Shown one piece after another: positions 53,201 to 61,034 of a stretch of 64,000 nt of DNA (position 1 is its first letter; each line of letters opens with the position of its first letter). Below the pieces are notes generated by a model that had not been told where the DNA came from, did no database searches, and worked only from the letters and a program-made list of their open reading frames with translations. The DNA comes from a virus. Made by a program: the position numbers and the translations under genes. Where the stretch lies: positions 32,110 through 96,109 of the IMG/VR virus record IMGVR_UViG_3300025889_000087, one strand, 5' to 3'.

Positions 53201-55482
53201 ATGCGAGCATGTCGATCGTCGTGAGCATTGGAGAATGTAGCGAATCGCCCTGCTATTTTGTGCCCGTTCTCCAACGCTACCGTCCAATCGGCTTTGGATG
53301 GGGCCTTGAAGAGCGACTGTCCGTTCCTGAGAACAATGGTGCTGCTGCTGATGGTGATTTTGACGCAGGCGCGGTAGATGCTTTGATTGGCAGGGATTTC
53401 CCCATAGAAGTCCGTGACTTTCATGGTCCCGAAATGGTGCGAGCCGGAATACCCTGAGCCGCTCACAATTGTTGGAAGCAAAATCTTGGCGTATGCTTCG
53501 CCATCAGAACTGAGCATAAGGCGTGGGTAATCGTCGGTAGCGTATGAGTCGAAGGACGAACCGTCCCCGAAAGCCTCTTTGTCTGTGATGTCCAATGTAG
53601 CGTTATACAGAATGATTCGTCGCCCGTCGTCAAAATCTTCCTGCGTATATGCAAGGCCCGAGGTAGATGGTGTGGTTAGGTCTTGGCGACGATATAATCG
53701 CGTTCCGGCGGCCAAGTCTTTGCTCAGACTTAGAGTGAGATTGATGCGGAATGAGGCAAAGGAAGAGATGATTCCGTATTCGTTCCCATATTCGTCCGAA
53801 ACAACGTCGCCAACGGCCCAAGGTGTCGGATCGACGGCAGGGTCTTGGTCCACATCAATGTGCGAACCTGAAGTGGTGTGGGAGGTTGTGGCAACCCACC
53901 CACTGTTCCTTTCACGCGGCCCCAAGGCGTCGAAGAACGTGTCGTGGGTTTCCTCAATTGCGCTGATGGTGCCAATTGCTTCACCTTCTGACGAATAGAC
54001 GACATCGCCAACATCGAAGTGAGTTCGGAAATCTGTATTGGCGGCCAAAACCTTCACTTCGGTGCTCCCGACACCAAGCCCCAGTGCGTTGTCTGTGCTC
54101 ACGATGCAATCCGTCGCAATCACATTCCGGTTGTCCATTCGGACGCCGAACTCGGGTTCCTCGATGAGCAGTTCATCACTTTCGACGGCATCTCGCTGAT
54201 CGTTGAGGCCAGTCCATTGGAATGGGTCTGCGGCAGCCTCACCCATGATAGAAGGGCCATCAAAGGGCATGTCGGGTGGTGGTAGCGACGGAAGATAGCA
54301 CGAATTGAGGCCTTCGATGCTGAATCGGGAATAGCCATGGCCGCTGAGAGCAGCAGGCTGAGCACCCCGTGATTCGTGCCCAACGTCCGGCAAGCCCATG
54401 TTGCCCCCGTCCATCGGCTTAGCCGCCATGTGCCACACGGGAATAGGCGCACCAAGCCCCTGAATGATGGGGCCACCGTTTGCGGTTCCCCAATACCCAC
54501 CACCGCTCGGCGTGTCGCTTTCCCACGTCACCACGACAGTGTGTTGCTGCTCCACTTCGTTGTTGATGGTGAACGACGCAGTTCCAATGATGTTTGCTGC
54601 CGTGTCGTAGTCCACCACTCGGAACACAATTTCGCCACCTTGTGTCGTCGGATTGTCGAAGGTGAAGGTCTGCACAATGGACCACCCGTCATAGCGCAGG
54701 GTATTGCCCGATGCGTCGGTGATGGTTCCCTGTTGGGGGATGTCCGTTGGGAGATGGTGCGTCGGCACATCCGTGACCGTTTGGAAATTGAGGTGTAGCC
54801 TGTCGTTGCGAATCAGGGTGTTTGAAGGAAGGTCAATCGCAATAGGGGCGTCGAGAACAACCGTCCATGGACTTGACCCTGATTCAACGTCCCGAATAGT
54901 CCCAATGTAGCGAGAATTGGCTCCTGCCGTATAGAGCGAGTCGCCGGGGTAATACGCATAGTTCGCAGGGCTCGGCACTTCCGTGAGCGAAAGAGCGTTT
55001 GTGCTTCCTGCGGTATAATCACTTGTCGTTTTCAGATCGCCGCTCGACAGGCGATTGGAATTGATGTTCCTTCCCGTGTAGGAGACTTTGCCGCTCATGC
55101 GTTGGTATTTCGCACGCAGGTAGCGTCCCCGACTGTGCGCTCCTGTTTGGTAGTCACGGGACGAATTGATGGCCGCGGCAATCATCCGAGCCGCACTTTC
55201 TGTCCCGAGGTCGAAGCCCGCAGCGTTCAAGTCAATGACGAAGAAATTGTCCGTATTTGATGGTGAACTGCTCGTCGCAAGCGGTGTGCGAATCAGAAAG
55301 TGCATACCGAGGTCGTTTGCAGACGACCCACCCGCCCACGTCACTTCCGTAGCGTCGTCGTATTCGGTGTCAGGATAGGTGAAGTGCAGACTGAAATAGC
55401 CGCTCTCGGGCCGTCCTTCATCGGACCCAAAGGTTCGACGATCCGCGGGGTATTCCCGCTGAGGATAGGTCCGAATCACCAT
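47221..55482 (-). CDS. Giant virion tail protein (~2750 aa) with baseplate-hub-like C-terminus
   Basis: Start MVIRTY (TAATG coupling); C-terminal ANHVIVEG...IRPGEIINVD...FAVFEVRHDY; internal repeats. Confidence 0.75.
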   Translation of the reverse strand: MVIRTYPQREYPADRRTFGSDEGRPESGYFSLHFTYPDTEYDDATEVTWAGGSSANDLGMHFLIRTPLATSSSPSNTDNFFVIDLNAAGFDLGTESAARMIAAAINSSRDYQTGAHSRGRYLRAKYQRMSGKVSYTGRNINSNRLSSGDLKTTSDYTAGSTNALSLTEVPSPANYAYYPGDSLYTAGANSRYIGTIRDVESGSSPWTVVLDAPIAIDLPSNTLIRNDRLHLNFQTVTDVPTHHLPTDIPQQGTITDASGNTLRYDGWSIVQTFTFDNPTTQGGEIVFRVVDYDTAANIIGTASFTINNEVEQQHTVVVTWESDTPSGGGYWGTANGGPIIQGLGAPIPVWHMAAKPMDGGNMGLPDVGHESRGAQPAALSGHGYSRFSIEGLNSCYLPSLPPPDMPFDGPSIMGEAAADPFQWTGLNDQRDAVESDELLIEEPEFGVRMDNRNVIATDCIVSTDNALGLGVGSTEVKVLAANTDFRTHFDVGDVVYSSEGEAIGTISAIEETHDTFFDALGPRERNSGWVATTSHTTSGSHIDVDQDPAVDPTPWAVGDVVSDEYGNEYGIISSFASFRINLTLSLSKDLAAGTRLYRRQDLTTPSTSGLAYTQEDFDDGRRIILYNATLDITDKEAFGDGSSFDSYATDDYPRLMLSSDGEAYAKILLPTIVSGSGYSGSHHFGTMKVTDFYGEIPANQSIYRACVKITISSSTIVLRNGQSLFKAPSKADWTVALENGHKIAGRFATFSNAHDDRHARMGNLRASSVNAAKAVEKFGLKSEKATITTASDSFTGAQGYVCRPFRTTRAVNTERVRGLVIPNEEMVWENLSVIDDKGQELVLQGGSPFGTVIKDYTHNQNRVNPATGTESPLPSTVGSGIEPNLSINLPSQDAIPGNILVRSGHDRVQAWSNLSWGMGGLSAPTTEEAGVREANNQTTSFDTHDRVLHFHPVRILHDDMTPKFGLTPNTTPGAVPSGTTRLYAAHRLSDHTERGSVLTETDNGVEQTYTHPHHRIRFGRQGHHFITPLTTRGTPKALRRQLHRSHGSAYTLLFEAESEHKHWGFQSVYNGLSSPPSSTLYYLDTMEVKGETYNTGSFASDGFPMGEIEGRGLPNWLRYDGNAPHEQIDVLFAPGQLHTKVEGATEQTRWVNAYTGQDGSGPYSAALTQGPVSIGVSVARTVNNRHNAGEEFTLNGFMISDYLLMGGRPPPAWIDAGHENTGSDPFVYSMLGLGPGWRTPRVATELATVPPLLVHDPDLVNASAVPVATDETAVSFSANNAHQDLALLGPSDTNSGATPDAFLCTWTAEYAHPALLGTVREQYLTFRYRQAGMPNAVQQPAVRGLYLRNAHDTGSSNVDHGMPFERIYAFQWLQQYGYNGLNAGGHGTNWGQKAAGAVLMGHSGLREAHGTLELLPQFTANGEPHRFSRGEGIGDGLSPRKVPIRRVLDSDGTQDWNVTVAVHDPLVAIDWSRRLPVRAFGFRNASDALNMLAGDPAETSASMDSILRSARFDGGKHDSLNDLPTGGDWPWPTGTSYTGVERTVPIGFVVSQQTNEAYDGQGFNRLSNAPWAQGERRVGMGRVLQHEMLGMVSPRAMPAGLIDAHRTEFATITGSSAKFMEAKSVNTGSDPIIGLNHHSGSKTKAAGSVEAVLQSSEFGASVGSEFYHQKGTNLHLNAHPVDVKTATQEHFPAVGWGTSRNMPDTTQAERGTLPIPLHEIADHRQVQSDLSPRLGLNVETETERSEGRNTDYIVTSTKAVSLHSDLGVGQIFPVTPSWVQETRWTKTGASKGSITTTAGRPNDTYGGQSNPNQRVAKPKWTLNEDTDLSALSNPFSDDIQQADGAGIRDHWAVRGSADLPPWGGVFILRKTWLERREDGDLLRTRQGGTNATAKAQIAQPVRRYADYIVRMVRPLKVFGYTSENNSDGSLMNQDGWLLGPYATITEAGSKDQPFTRDKRYGMFESSTNSQGGDIQGISSPYDAAPTIEWPDANERDVVWHLIPSANMLQHFKSDAARRDRNGVLNAFVDARYSQSTHPGGGETISQTETVYTTDDTFALDPYFRRDKDVEAVRKQPDYALAALGPRTTIKFDTGAALIVEDATAFSKSGYLVIIGLTGSVRYSSRTETKFTILSATGQCSSIADLAGYEVRQGSATALEVATVANLTPPTVPLVVLPSLVDNAVSVGMLLSDKWDATSSDDSTDYATNMAYRGIGHYNPSDFIMLSPQRFVLSDGQNGGFVSYRRAPGTGGLLTPYVDGRLISTFAPPYLIDEGQKRWRVAGVRGDDDTEVLFRNLNAETLSAAGMGIGAVRFGQHMGVGVRTSDAALMLLNDLASAIPGADLTIFTIQHEQATTDTGVYADYSSSNMSLTAARTAFLFSHPSLRDMLMHSGSFISRKGRGIGVMDILRDLSRIDGHQLSLSENGLLIYSPEVFTGKERRVGTSSGPRNITVSTMLEMANHVIVEGDMVAQNEIVRGDVRDVEKMREMGGPGGEEGVERTMKVSVPGVRERSVALRLAKGLLRRSTQGSSLIRVEGLLQSTDIRPGEIINVDFSIENIRGEFAVFEVRHDYAAGTSDLIIGQYEKGIEGLIADLQSSTAAVQDEDPTRTKEQFSISLNAPIRVVSAQRVLTRFVNGTRLLIGARHRGEPTTHQLGSIGVRGGQTGVTKNGAVGAGTTTTLNVAGTDATLRYSQYDAVLNDDHELVGFVSSVTATTIVLTANNVVAIGDGDNLRVASKRMDPVGHSKSVFYEVR

Positions 55483-58400
55483 TAGTCCCACACCGTCCGA
55501 GCGTTGTAGAGGTTGGCTGCCTCCGTTGCATCGAAGGTATGGTCCCACATAGCGATTTCCGATAGGGCCCCGTTGAAATAGATGGGGTCATAAGCATTTG
55601 ATGCGCCGCCGTGATGTTTTCCGTAGTAAAAGCCGCCCGTTGGTGTGATGGTGTGCAGGGCCATGCCGACTGTAAGCATGTTCACGTCCCGTCCGTAGAA
55701 GCCACTGGTTAGCGCAACGGACTTCTTCAAGTTCTCATTGTTTGACAAAGCCGCGAGAATAGGTCGAGTCAGGGTAATGTTTGTGTCAGTCAGCGAGAGC
55801 ACTTCACCGAGAAGGACGCCTGCGTTGGTGAAGATGTGGTCGCCAACTGAGAAGTGCGAAGATGCGGCCACGGTGTCCACGACAATGCTCGACACGCTTC
55901 CTGCGGTGTAGCCGCCGGTCTTGTTCACAAGAACACCGGAGGCTGAAAGCGTCCCGACCCCAATACCTTGGGGCAAATGAGGTGTGTTCGGATTTGTGCC
56001 TGTGTTGTAGGTTCCTTGATCGACCAAGTTCACATTGGTGGCGAAGGTTGTCACTACACCACCAATTGCAGCCCCATTGACGTAAAACGTCCCACCTGCG
56101 TCACCGGCACGGGAGTAAATGACATGATACCAACCGTTCTTGGGTTGGTCTAATAAAACAACACGCTGATCTCGTTCCCCTGCACCTGTTTTGATGCGAG
56201 CCCAAATCCCAATGTCCATCAGTGGAGGGGCCGAACCCTCCTTTGTTTCAATGGAAATACCGTAGCCTGCACCATTTTGGTCAATGCCGTGGATGACCGG
56301 ACCGTTGCCGTATGCCTGACTGGTCCATGGTGCAGTATTGGGCTCGGCACTGAAAAAGAAGGATATGGTGTAGTCGCCCGATGAACCGGAAACACCTTGC
56401 GCATTATCGACACTTGGGACGAGCAATCGGGCCGTCTGCCCTCCTTCACTTTGAATGGTGTGCAGGGCAATACCTGCATCGGTGGACGCTGCAAAATCCA
56501 CACCCGCACTTTCCGGATCGTCAGGCATGGGTTCGGGGGACGACATGATGGATGGGAAAGTCCCACGGGCGAGAGCCTTACGGTCGTGCAGTGTTTCAAG
56601 CACCAATTCCTTGCCCGAACCGAGCGTCACGCCGTCAATTGCTGCTTCGTTGAGGCGCAGGTAAAACAGGCATGAGCGGCTCGGAATGAATGCAAGAGTC
56701 GGGCTCACGTCTGAAATTGGAACCGTCATCGCGCCATGAAGGCCGCGGTAAGTGTTGTCTTTCACGGTGTCCCTGTTGCGCACTTGTGTGAAGTCGAGAA
56801 CGGCAGCAGAAGTCTGCACTTCCTCAAGGTTCTGAAAGCCCGCGTAGCCACTTGGGCCTTGGGAATAGTGGTGCGTATAGAAGTCGGAATAGTCGTTGGC
56901 GGTTCCGTCGCTGATGTCGAACACGGTTCCGGTGTGCCCACCACCAAAGAATAGAATGCCGTGTGCATCGGGCAGGGGGAACAAAATGCGAACGAGCGAC
57001 TCCACAGACTCTCCTTCGTTGTTCACGAATTGTTCCGTCCACTTCTTCGCAATACCCTTCTCAAGAGGCTGCACGTTGTTGAGGAAGGCACAGGCACCGG
57101 GACCGTCGGCCTTAGAGTCGGTTCCGCCTATGCCGCCGCCAATGTCCGTGAAGGTTCCGACCAATTGGTCGTTCACCACGATGTAGCCGGGTTCTTCCTC
57201 GGTGATGCGACGGCCCATGCGTGTGATGAGGTCCATGGCTGAGCGTTCGACCGCCAAGTGTGGGAATGCGCGGGTGTCGTAAGTCGGCCATGCTATGTTG
57301 TTGGCACGCCGTGCGCCACGAACAGTCTTGAGCACCGTTCGCCCCCCGATACCCGCATACGTTCGCAATCCCCCCGCATCGTCCTGCACACGCCCGTGAA
57401 CACCACCTTGGAACGTGGTGATCGGAATGTGCGTTTCACCGTCCATGCCGATTGGGAGCGGTGCAGGGAAGGAAGAGGCTTGGTAGGACCGACTGTTTGT
57501 GGCGAGCAGCCCACCGTGGCCGACCGCTTGGACTGGGCGGTATGGGTAAAGCGAATTGTTGTGCATCCACACGGCAAAATTGCGTCCGGTCGCACCGGGA
57601 ATGGTCGAATGAATGACGACGGACAGGCCGCTTTCCCCATCCCTGCTCTCCACGTCGCCGCCAAGGAACGCTCGGACGTAGCCCATGTGCGAACCCGTGT
57701 CCGACGACGACACACTTTCTGTTCCGTCATTTGTGGTGAACAATTGAGGCGGATTGAATGCGCTACCGCCCTGTGCGTTGCTCGCGTCGGGGTGTCCTGC
57801 TTGGTTGATGCGCCGGATGAACTCATGCACCGCCTCGGTGAAATTGGTGACGTTGCCTGATGAAGCGATGTCCCCTGCATTAAGACGCAACGGTCGAACG
57901 TAGTCGAGCGTGCCGTCGCTCCGCTTGCCCTTCAACGAAAGGAAGCCAGTGCGGCATTCCACAGGGGCTTGGAGAGGGAAGTCGTCGTCGCTAAACAAGT
58001 GGTTGGCCGGATCGAAAACAAATCCTTCCATGGTTGGGCCGTTGCGAATAAACAGTGTCGCATCATCTTCCGGGTCAATGGAGATAGCCGTTTTTGCATC
58101 CGCCATGCGCCCAAACGCCATCGTGTAGCGCATCGGGTCCACAAAGTTCTGAGCCATTGTGGCGTTTGATGTGCCCACGGCCACGGTGAGTTCGCTCAAG
58201 GGCCACACGTTGCCCTCTTCCCCAGTGTCGGAGAGCCACGCTCCCATCACCACAGGCATACCATAGGTGATGGCCGTTTTGACCGCCGAGAGCGTAGCGT
58301 TTTCATCGGACCAATCGTGAAATGCGTCGAAATAGAGGCGGTGGCTGCTCCCCGAAATCTCGGTTTTGTAGATGTGCAGGCGAATGCCTCCGTTGCTGAG

Positions 58401-61034
58401 AATACCCTCACCCACAGTCACGACGAAGGCGTCCGAAGATGGGGTGAAGGCACCCGTGTGATCCGCAGCGGTCGCAAACGTGCGGACACCACCTGATTCA
58501 GCAGGGGCAGCAAACCCGCCTTCATTGATGAACGGGTTGATGCTATCCACTTCGATGTAGGTTGCGTTATACGCAGTGCCGCTGCTCACACCCGTAGCGA
58601 ACGTCGCTGCATTATCTCGCATGAATCGCACGCGCGTTTTGCCAACCACTGCGGCGTAGTCGTGAATGCGCAGGGCAGACACCCCATCACGCAGCCCCCA
58701 ATCAATGGCCCAACGGTTTTCATAGCGCCCCATTTGCGGCCTGTTAATTGCGGTCATGGTGCAATCCACCACGAACTCCATGCTGCGGTCGGAGGGGTTC
58801 GGGCTGCGTTTGTTCGTGCTGCTCGGAAGACGTTGCTCAATGTCAAAGAATGTCGATGGGAATAAGGGCAATTCGACCAAAGCCCGTGTTGATGCGTAAT
58901 AGGTCGAGGTTTGCCGATCGTTGCGCACGGACGGATTTCCTGTGCCGACCACGCGGTCTTTCCAAACAGGCAAGAACGAATGCTCGGTGCGGTCGGCTGC
59001 AACGTCAATTCCACCCTGCCCAAGCCCGCCAAGCGTGATGCTGACGGTAGGCGTTCCGAGGTCGCCAATTTCCTTCAACGGGTGGCCTTCGTTAAGGTCG
59101 AAGTCCCGCTCAGAAAGCCGGTCGTTGATGTCAAGCAATTGAGAACGGCCACGAAGAACGACGCCGCCCTGCATTTCACCGCTTGACGGTGCGATTTCCT
59201 CCACCCGCGCCCGCATGAGGGACAATTCGATGGAGCATTCGTGGTAATTGGTGGGCGAATCCTGCTTGGTGCGGAGCGTCGAGAGCGTCTTTGCCCGATC
59301 CCTGTTTGATGGGTGGACGAGAAGCAAGTGGCGATCTGCTTCAATCAGGTTGTCGATGATGTCGAACTGCTCAAGGTTCACGGGTTGCAGCGTTGAGAGG
59401 GCAGACGAGCCTTCTGAGGCATCCGCACCCGTGGAGGCATGAATTGAGAGGGTGTGATATGCGGATTCGCTCTTTTCAACAGGGCTGCGCGTGTTAGGTA
59501 GGGCTCGCGGTGGTCCGTATGCGTCATTCCTGCGCCGCGAACCTGCAATTGCTCCCTGAATGACGGTGTGGGCGCAATCTTCCACGTTCACAAAAGGCGA
59601 GCCCGTCAAATCGCCGGTCGGGTTGGCCCGCATCCAGTGGCTATGTCGCTCACCGTGCAGTTCTTTTGCGGGAATGGTGATGAGGCCACCGGGCGCGTGA
59701 ATTGTGAGCGGTTCCCATGAGGGCGGGGAAGAGAATTGGGACGCAGTGTAGGGCCTTCGGAGCCAATCAAGAACGCTTCTGTAAATCGGATAGCCCGCCG
59801 ACGTGTCTACGAACACCGCGTTGGTGTCGGGGACTGTGCGCTTCACCACAAGCCACCCCTTCTTGTTCATGGTGGTAATCGCGTCCATGTCGTTGCGGTA
59901 GGTCTGAGCGTGATTGGCGGCGGTGAACCACGCCGTTCCCTTCCAACCGGCCACGACTTCGCCGGTTAGGTCGATGGCGTCGTAGTGAATCAGAATCTTC
60001 GGGGGGCCGCCCGCGTCTTGAAGGGCCTGCGGTGTCTCCAACACGGCCACGCGAGATTGTGACTCGGGTGTCAAGTGGCGGACGTAATTCTCATTCGTCG
60101 GCTTGGTCGGATTCACAAGGTCAAACAAGGCTTCCTCATCGGTGTCGAGCCCCTTCAACGCAAAAAGGCGAATGTCCTCAACCGCGAGAGCCACCATGGT
60201 GTCTTGCGACGACGAAGCCACGTTCCCGTATGTTGTGTCGTTGAACGAGTCGCCGCCTTGTGCGACGATAGCGTGCTTCTTCACACCCGAAGCAGTGTAG
60301 GTGGCGACCCGCGATTGGGTTTGCACGCTCAGCATTTCACCTTGAAAGACCGTTTCTGTGACCCGAACCCGCTCGTTCGGCTTTAGCATTGAGCCGACGC
60401 CGGGGTCAGTAAATTGCGACTCAAAGCGATCCGCAAGGCCCTGCACAGTGCGCGTGACACTCTCCAACTTCGGTTCGGGTAGGGTTTTCAGGAAGAAGTG
60501 ACCTTCGACGCGATTATACGTCGTCAGGCCGCTCATACCGGGCATTTCGTCACTGACGGCACCCAACACATCTGTCGTAAGGCCGAACTCGGTTCCTGTG
60601 GCGGGTGGATTTCCGCTACCATATACGGTAATAGAAGGGACGCCGCTAAATGCGAGCGCGACATCCCCGACTGAGAGGGGCGGAATGCCACCGTTATACG
60701 GTGGTTGCGTTAGGTAAATGTCAAAATCAGTCAAGGTCGGAGAAGGTGGTGCTGCGGGGTTGGTCGCAAAAATTGCGAGCACGTTCGTGCTGAGCGTAGA
60801 CCCCGACACACCGGCATTCGTCACCATACGTCGAACCGCAGCCCAAGTGCTCTCGGCCTGCTCGTGCATGGCGATGTTGATTGGACCAGTGTAGCCCGGA
60901 AAGGTGGGAATGACGATGATTGGATCCCCGCGGGCTACGGCGTCAAGCATGGCGTTGAGTTCGGTGATGGCCGACGCCTGATCAATGCCGAAGGCCGTCA
61001 GAACGATTGCCTCAGTGACCGCAACCATGCTCAC
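55482..61034 (-). CDS. Giant virion protein (1850 aa) with C-terminal LamG/ConA-like domain
   Basis: WYHVIYSR...FYVNG...FNGALSEIAMWDHTFDATEAANLYN. Confidence 0.8.
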   Translation of the reverse strand: MSMVAVTEAIVLTAFGIDQASAITELNAMLDAVARGDPIIVIPTFPGYTGPINIAMHEQAESTWAAVRRMVTNAGVSGSTLSTNVLAIFATNPAAPPSPTLTDFDIYLTQPPYNGGIPPLSVGDVALAFSGVPSITVYGSGNPPATGTEFGLTTDVLGAVSDEMPGMSGLTTYNRVEGHFFLKTLPEPKLESVTRTVQGLADRFESQFTDPGVGSMLKPNERVRVTETVFQGEMLSVQTQSRVATYTASGVKKHAIVAQGGDSFNDTTYGNVASSSQDTMVALAVEDIRLFALKGLDTDEEALFDLVNPTKPTNENYVRHLTPESQSRVAVLETPQALQDAGGPPKILIHYDAIDLTGEVVAGWKGTAWFTAANHAQTYRNDMDAITTMNKKGWLVVKRTVPDTNAVFVDTSAGYPIYRSVLDWLRRPYTASQFSSPPSWEPLTIHAPGGLITIPAKELHGERHSHWMRANPTGDLTGSPFVNVEDCAHTVIQGAIAGSRRRNDAYGPPRALPNTRSPVEKSESAYHTLSIHASTGADASEGSSALSTLQPVNLEQFDIIDNLIEADRHLLLVHPSNRDRAKTLSTLRTKQDSPTNYHECSIELSLMRARVEEIAPSSGEMQGGVVLRGRSQLLDINDRLSERDFDLNEGHPLKEIGDLGTPTVSITLGGLGQGGIDVAADRTEHSFLPVWKDRVVGTGNPSVRNDRQTSTYYASTRALVELPLFPSTFFDIEQRLPSSTNKRSPNPSDRSMEFVVDCTMTAINRPQMGRYENRWAIDWGLRDGVSALRIHDYAAVVGKTRVRFMRDNAATFATGVSSGTAYNATYIEVDSINPFINEGGFAAPAESGGVRTFATAADHTGAFTPSSDAFVVTVGEGILSNGGIRLHIYKTEISGSSHRLYFDAFHDWSDENATLSAVKTAITYGMPVVMGAWLSDTGEEGNVWPLSELTVAVGTSNATMAQNFVDPMRYTMAFGRMADAKTAISIDPEDDATLFIRNGPTMEGFVFDPANHLFSDDDFPLQAPVECRTGFLSLKGKRSDGTLDYVRPLRLNAGDIASSGNVTNFTEAVHEFIRRINQAGHPDASNAQGGSAFNPPQLFTTNDGTESVSSSDTGSHMGYVRAFLGGDVESRDGESGLSVVIHSTIPGATGRNFAVWMHNNSLYPYRPVQAVGHGGLLATNSRSYQASSFPAPLPIGMDGETHIPITTFQGGVHGRVQDDAGGLRTYAGIGGRTVLKTVRGARRANNIAWPTYDTRAFPHLAVERSAMDLITRMGRRITEEEPGYIVVNDQLVGTFTDIGGGIGGTDSKADGPGACAFLNNVQPLEKGIAKKWTEQFVNNEGESVESLVRILFPLPDAHGILFFGGGHTGTVFDISDGTANDYSDFYTHHYSQGPSGYAGFQNLEEVQTSAAVLDFTQVRNRDTVKDNTYRGLHGAMTVPISDVSPTLAFIPSRSCLFYLRLNEAAIDGVTLGSGKELVLETLHDRKALARGTFPSIMSSPEPMPDDPESAGVDFAASTDAGIALHTIQSEGGQTARLLVPSVDNAQGVSGSSGDYTISFFFSAEPNTAPWTSQAYGNGPVIHGIDQNGAGYGISIETKEGSAPPLMDIGIWARIKTGAGERDQRVVLLDQPKNGWYHVIYSRAGDAGGTFYVNGAAIGGVVTTFATNVNLVDQGTYNTGTNPNTPHLPQGIGVGTLSASGVLVNKTGGYTAGSVSSIVVDTVAASSHFSVGDHIFTNAGVLLGEVLSLTDTNITLTRPILAALSNNENLKKSVALTSGFYGRDVNMLTVGMALHTITPTGGFYYGKHHGGASNAYDPIYFNGALSEIAMWDHTFDATEAANLYNARTVWD

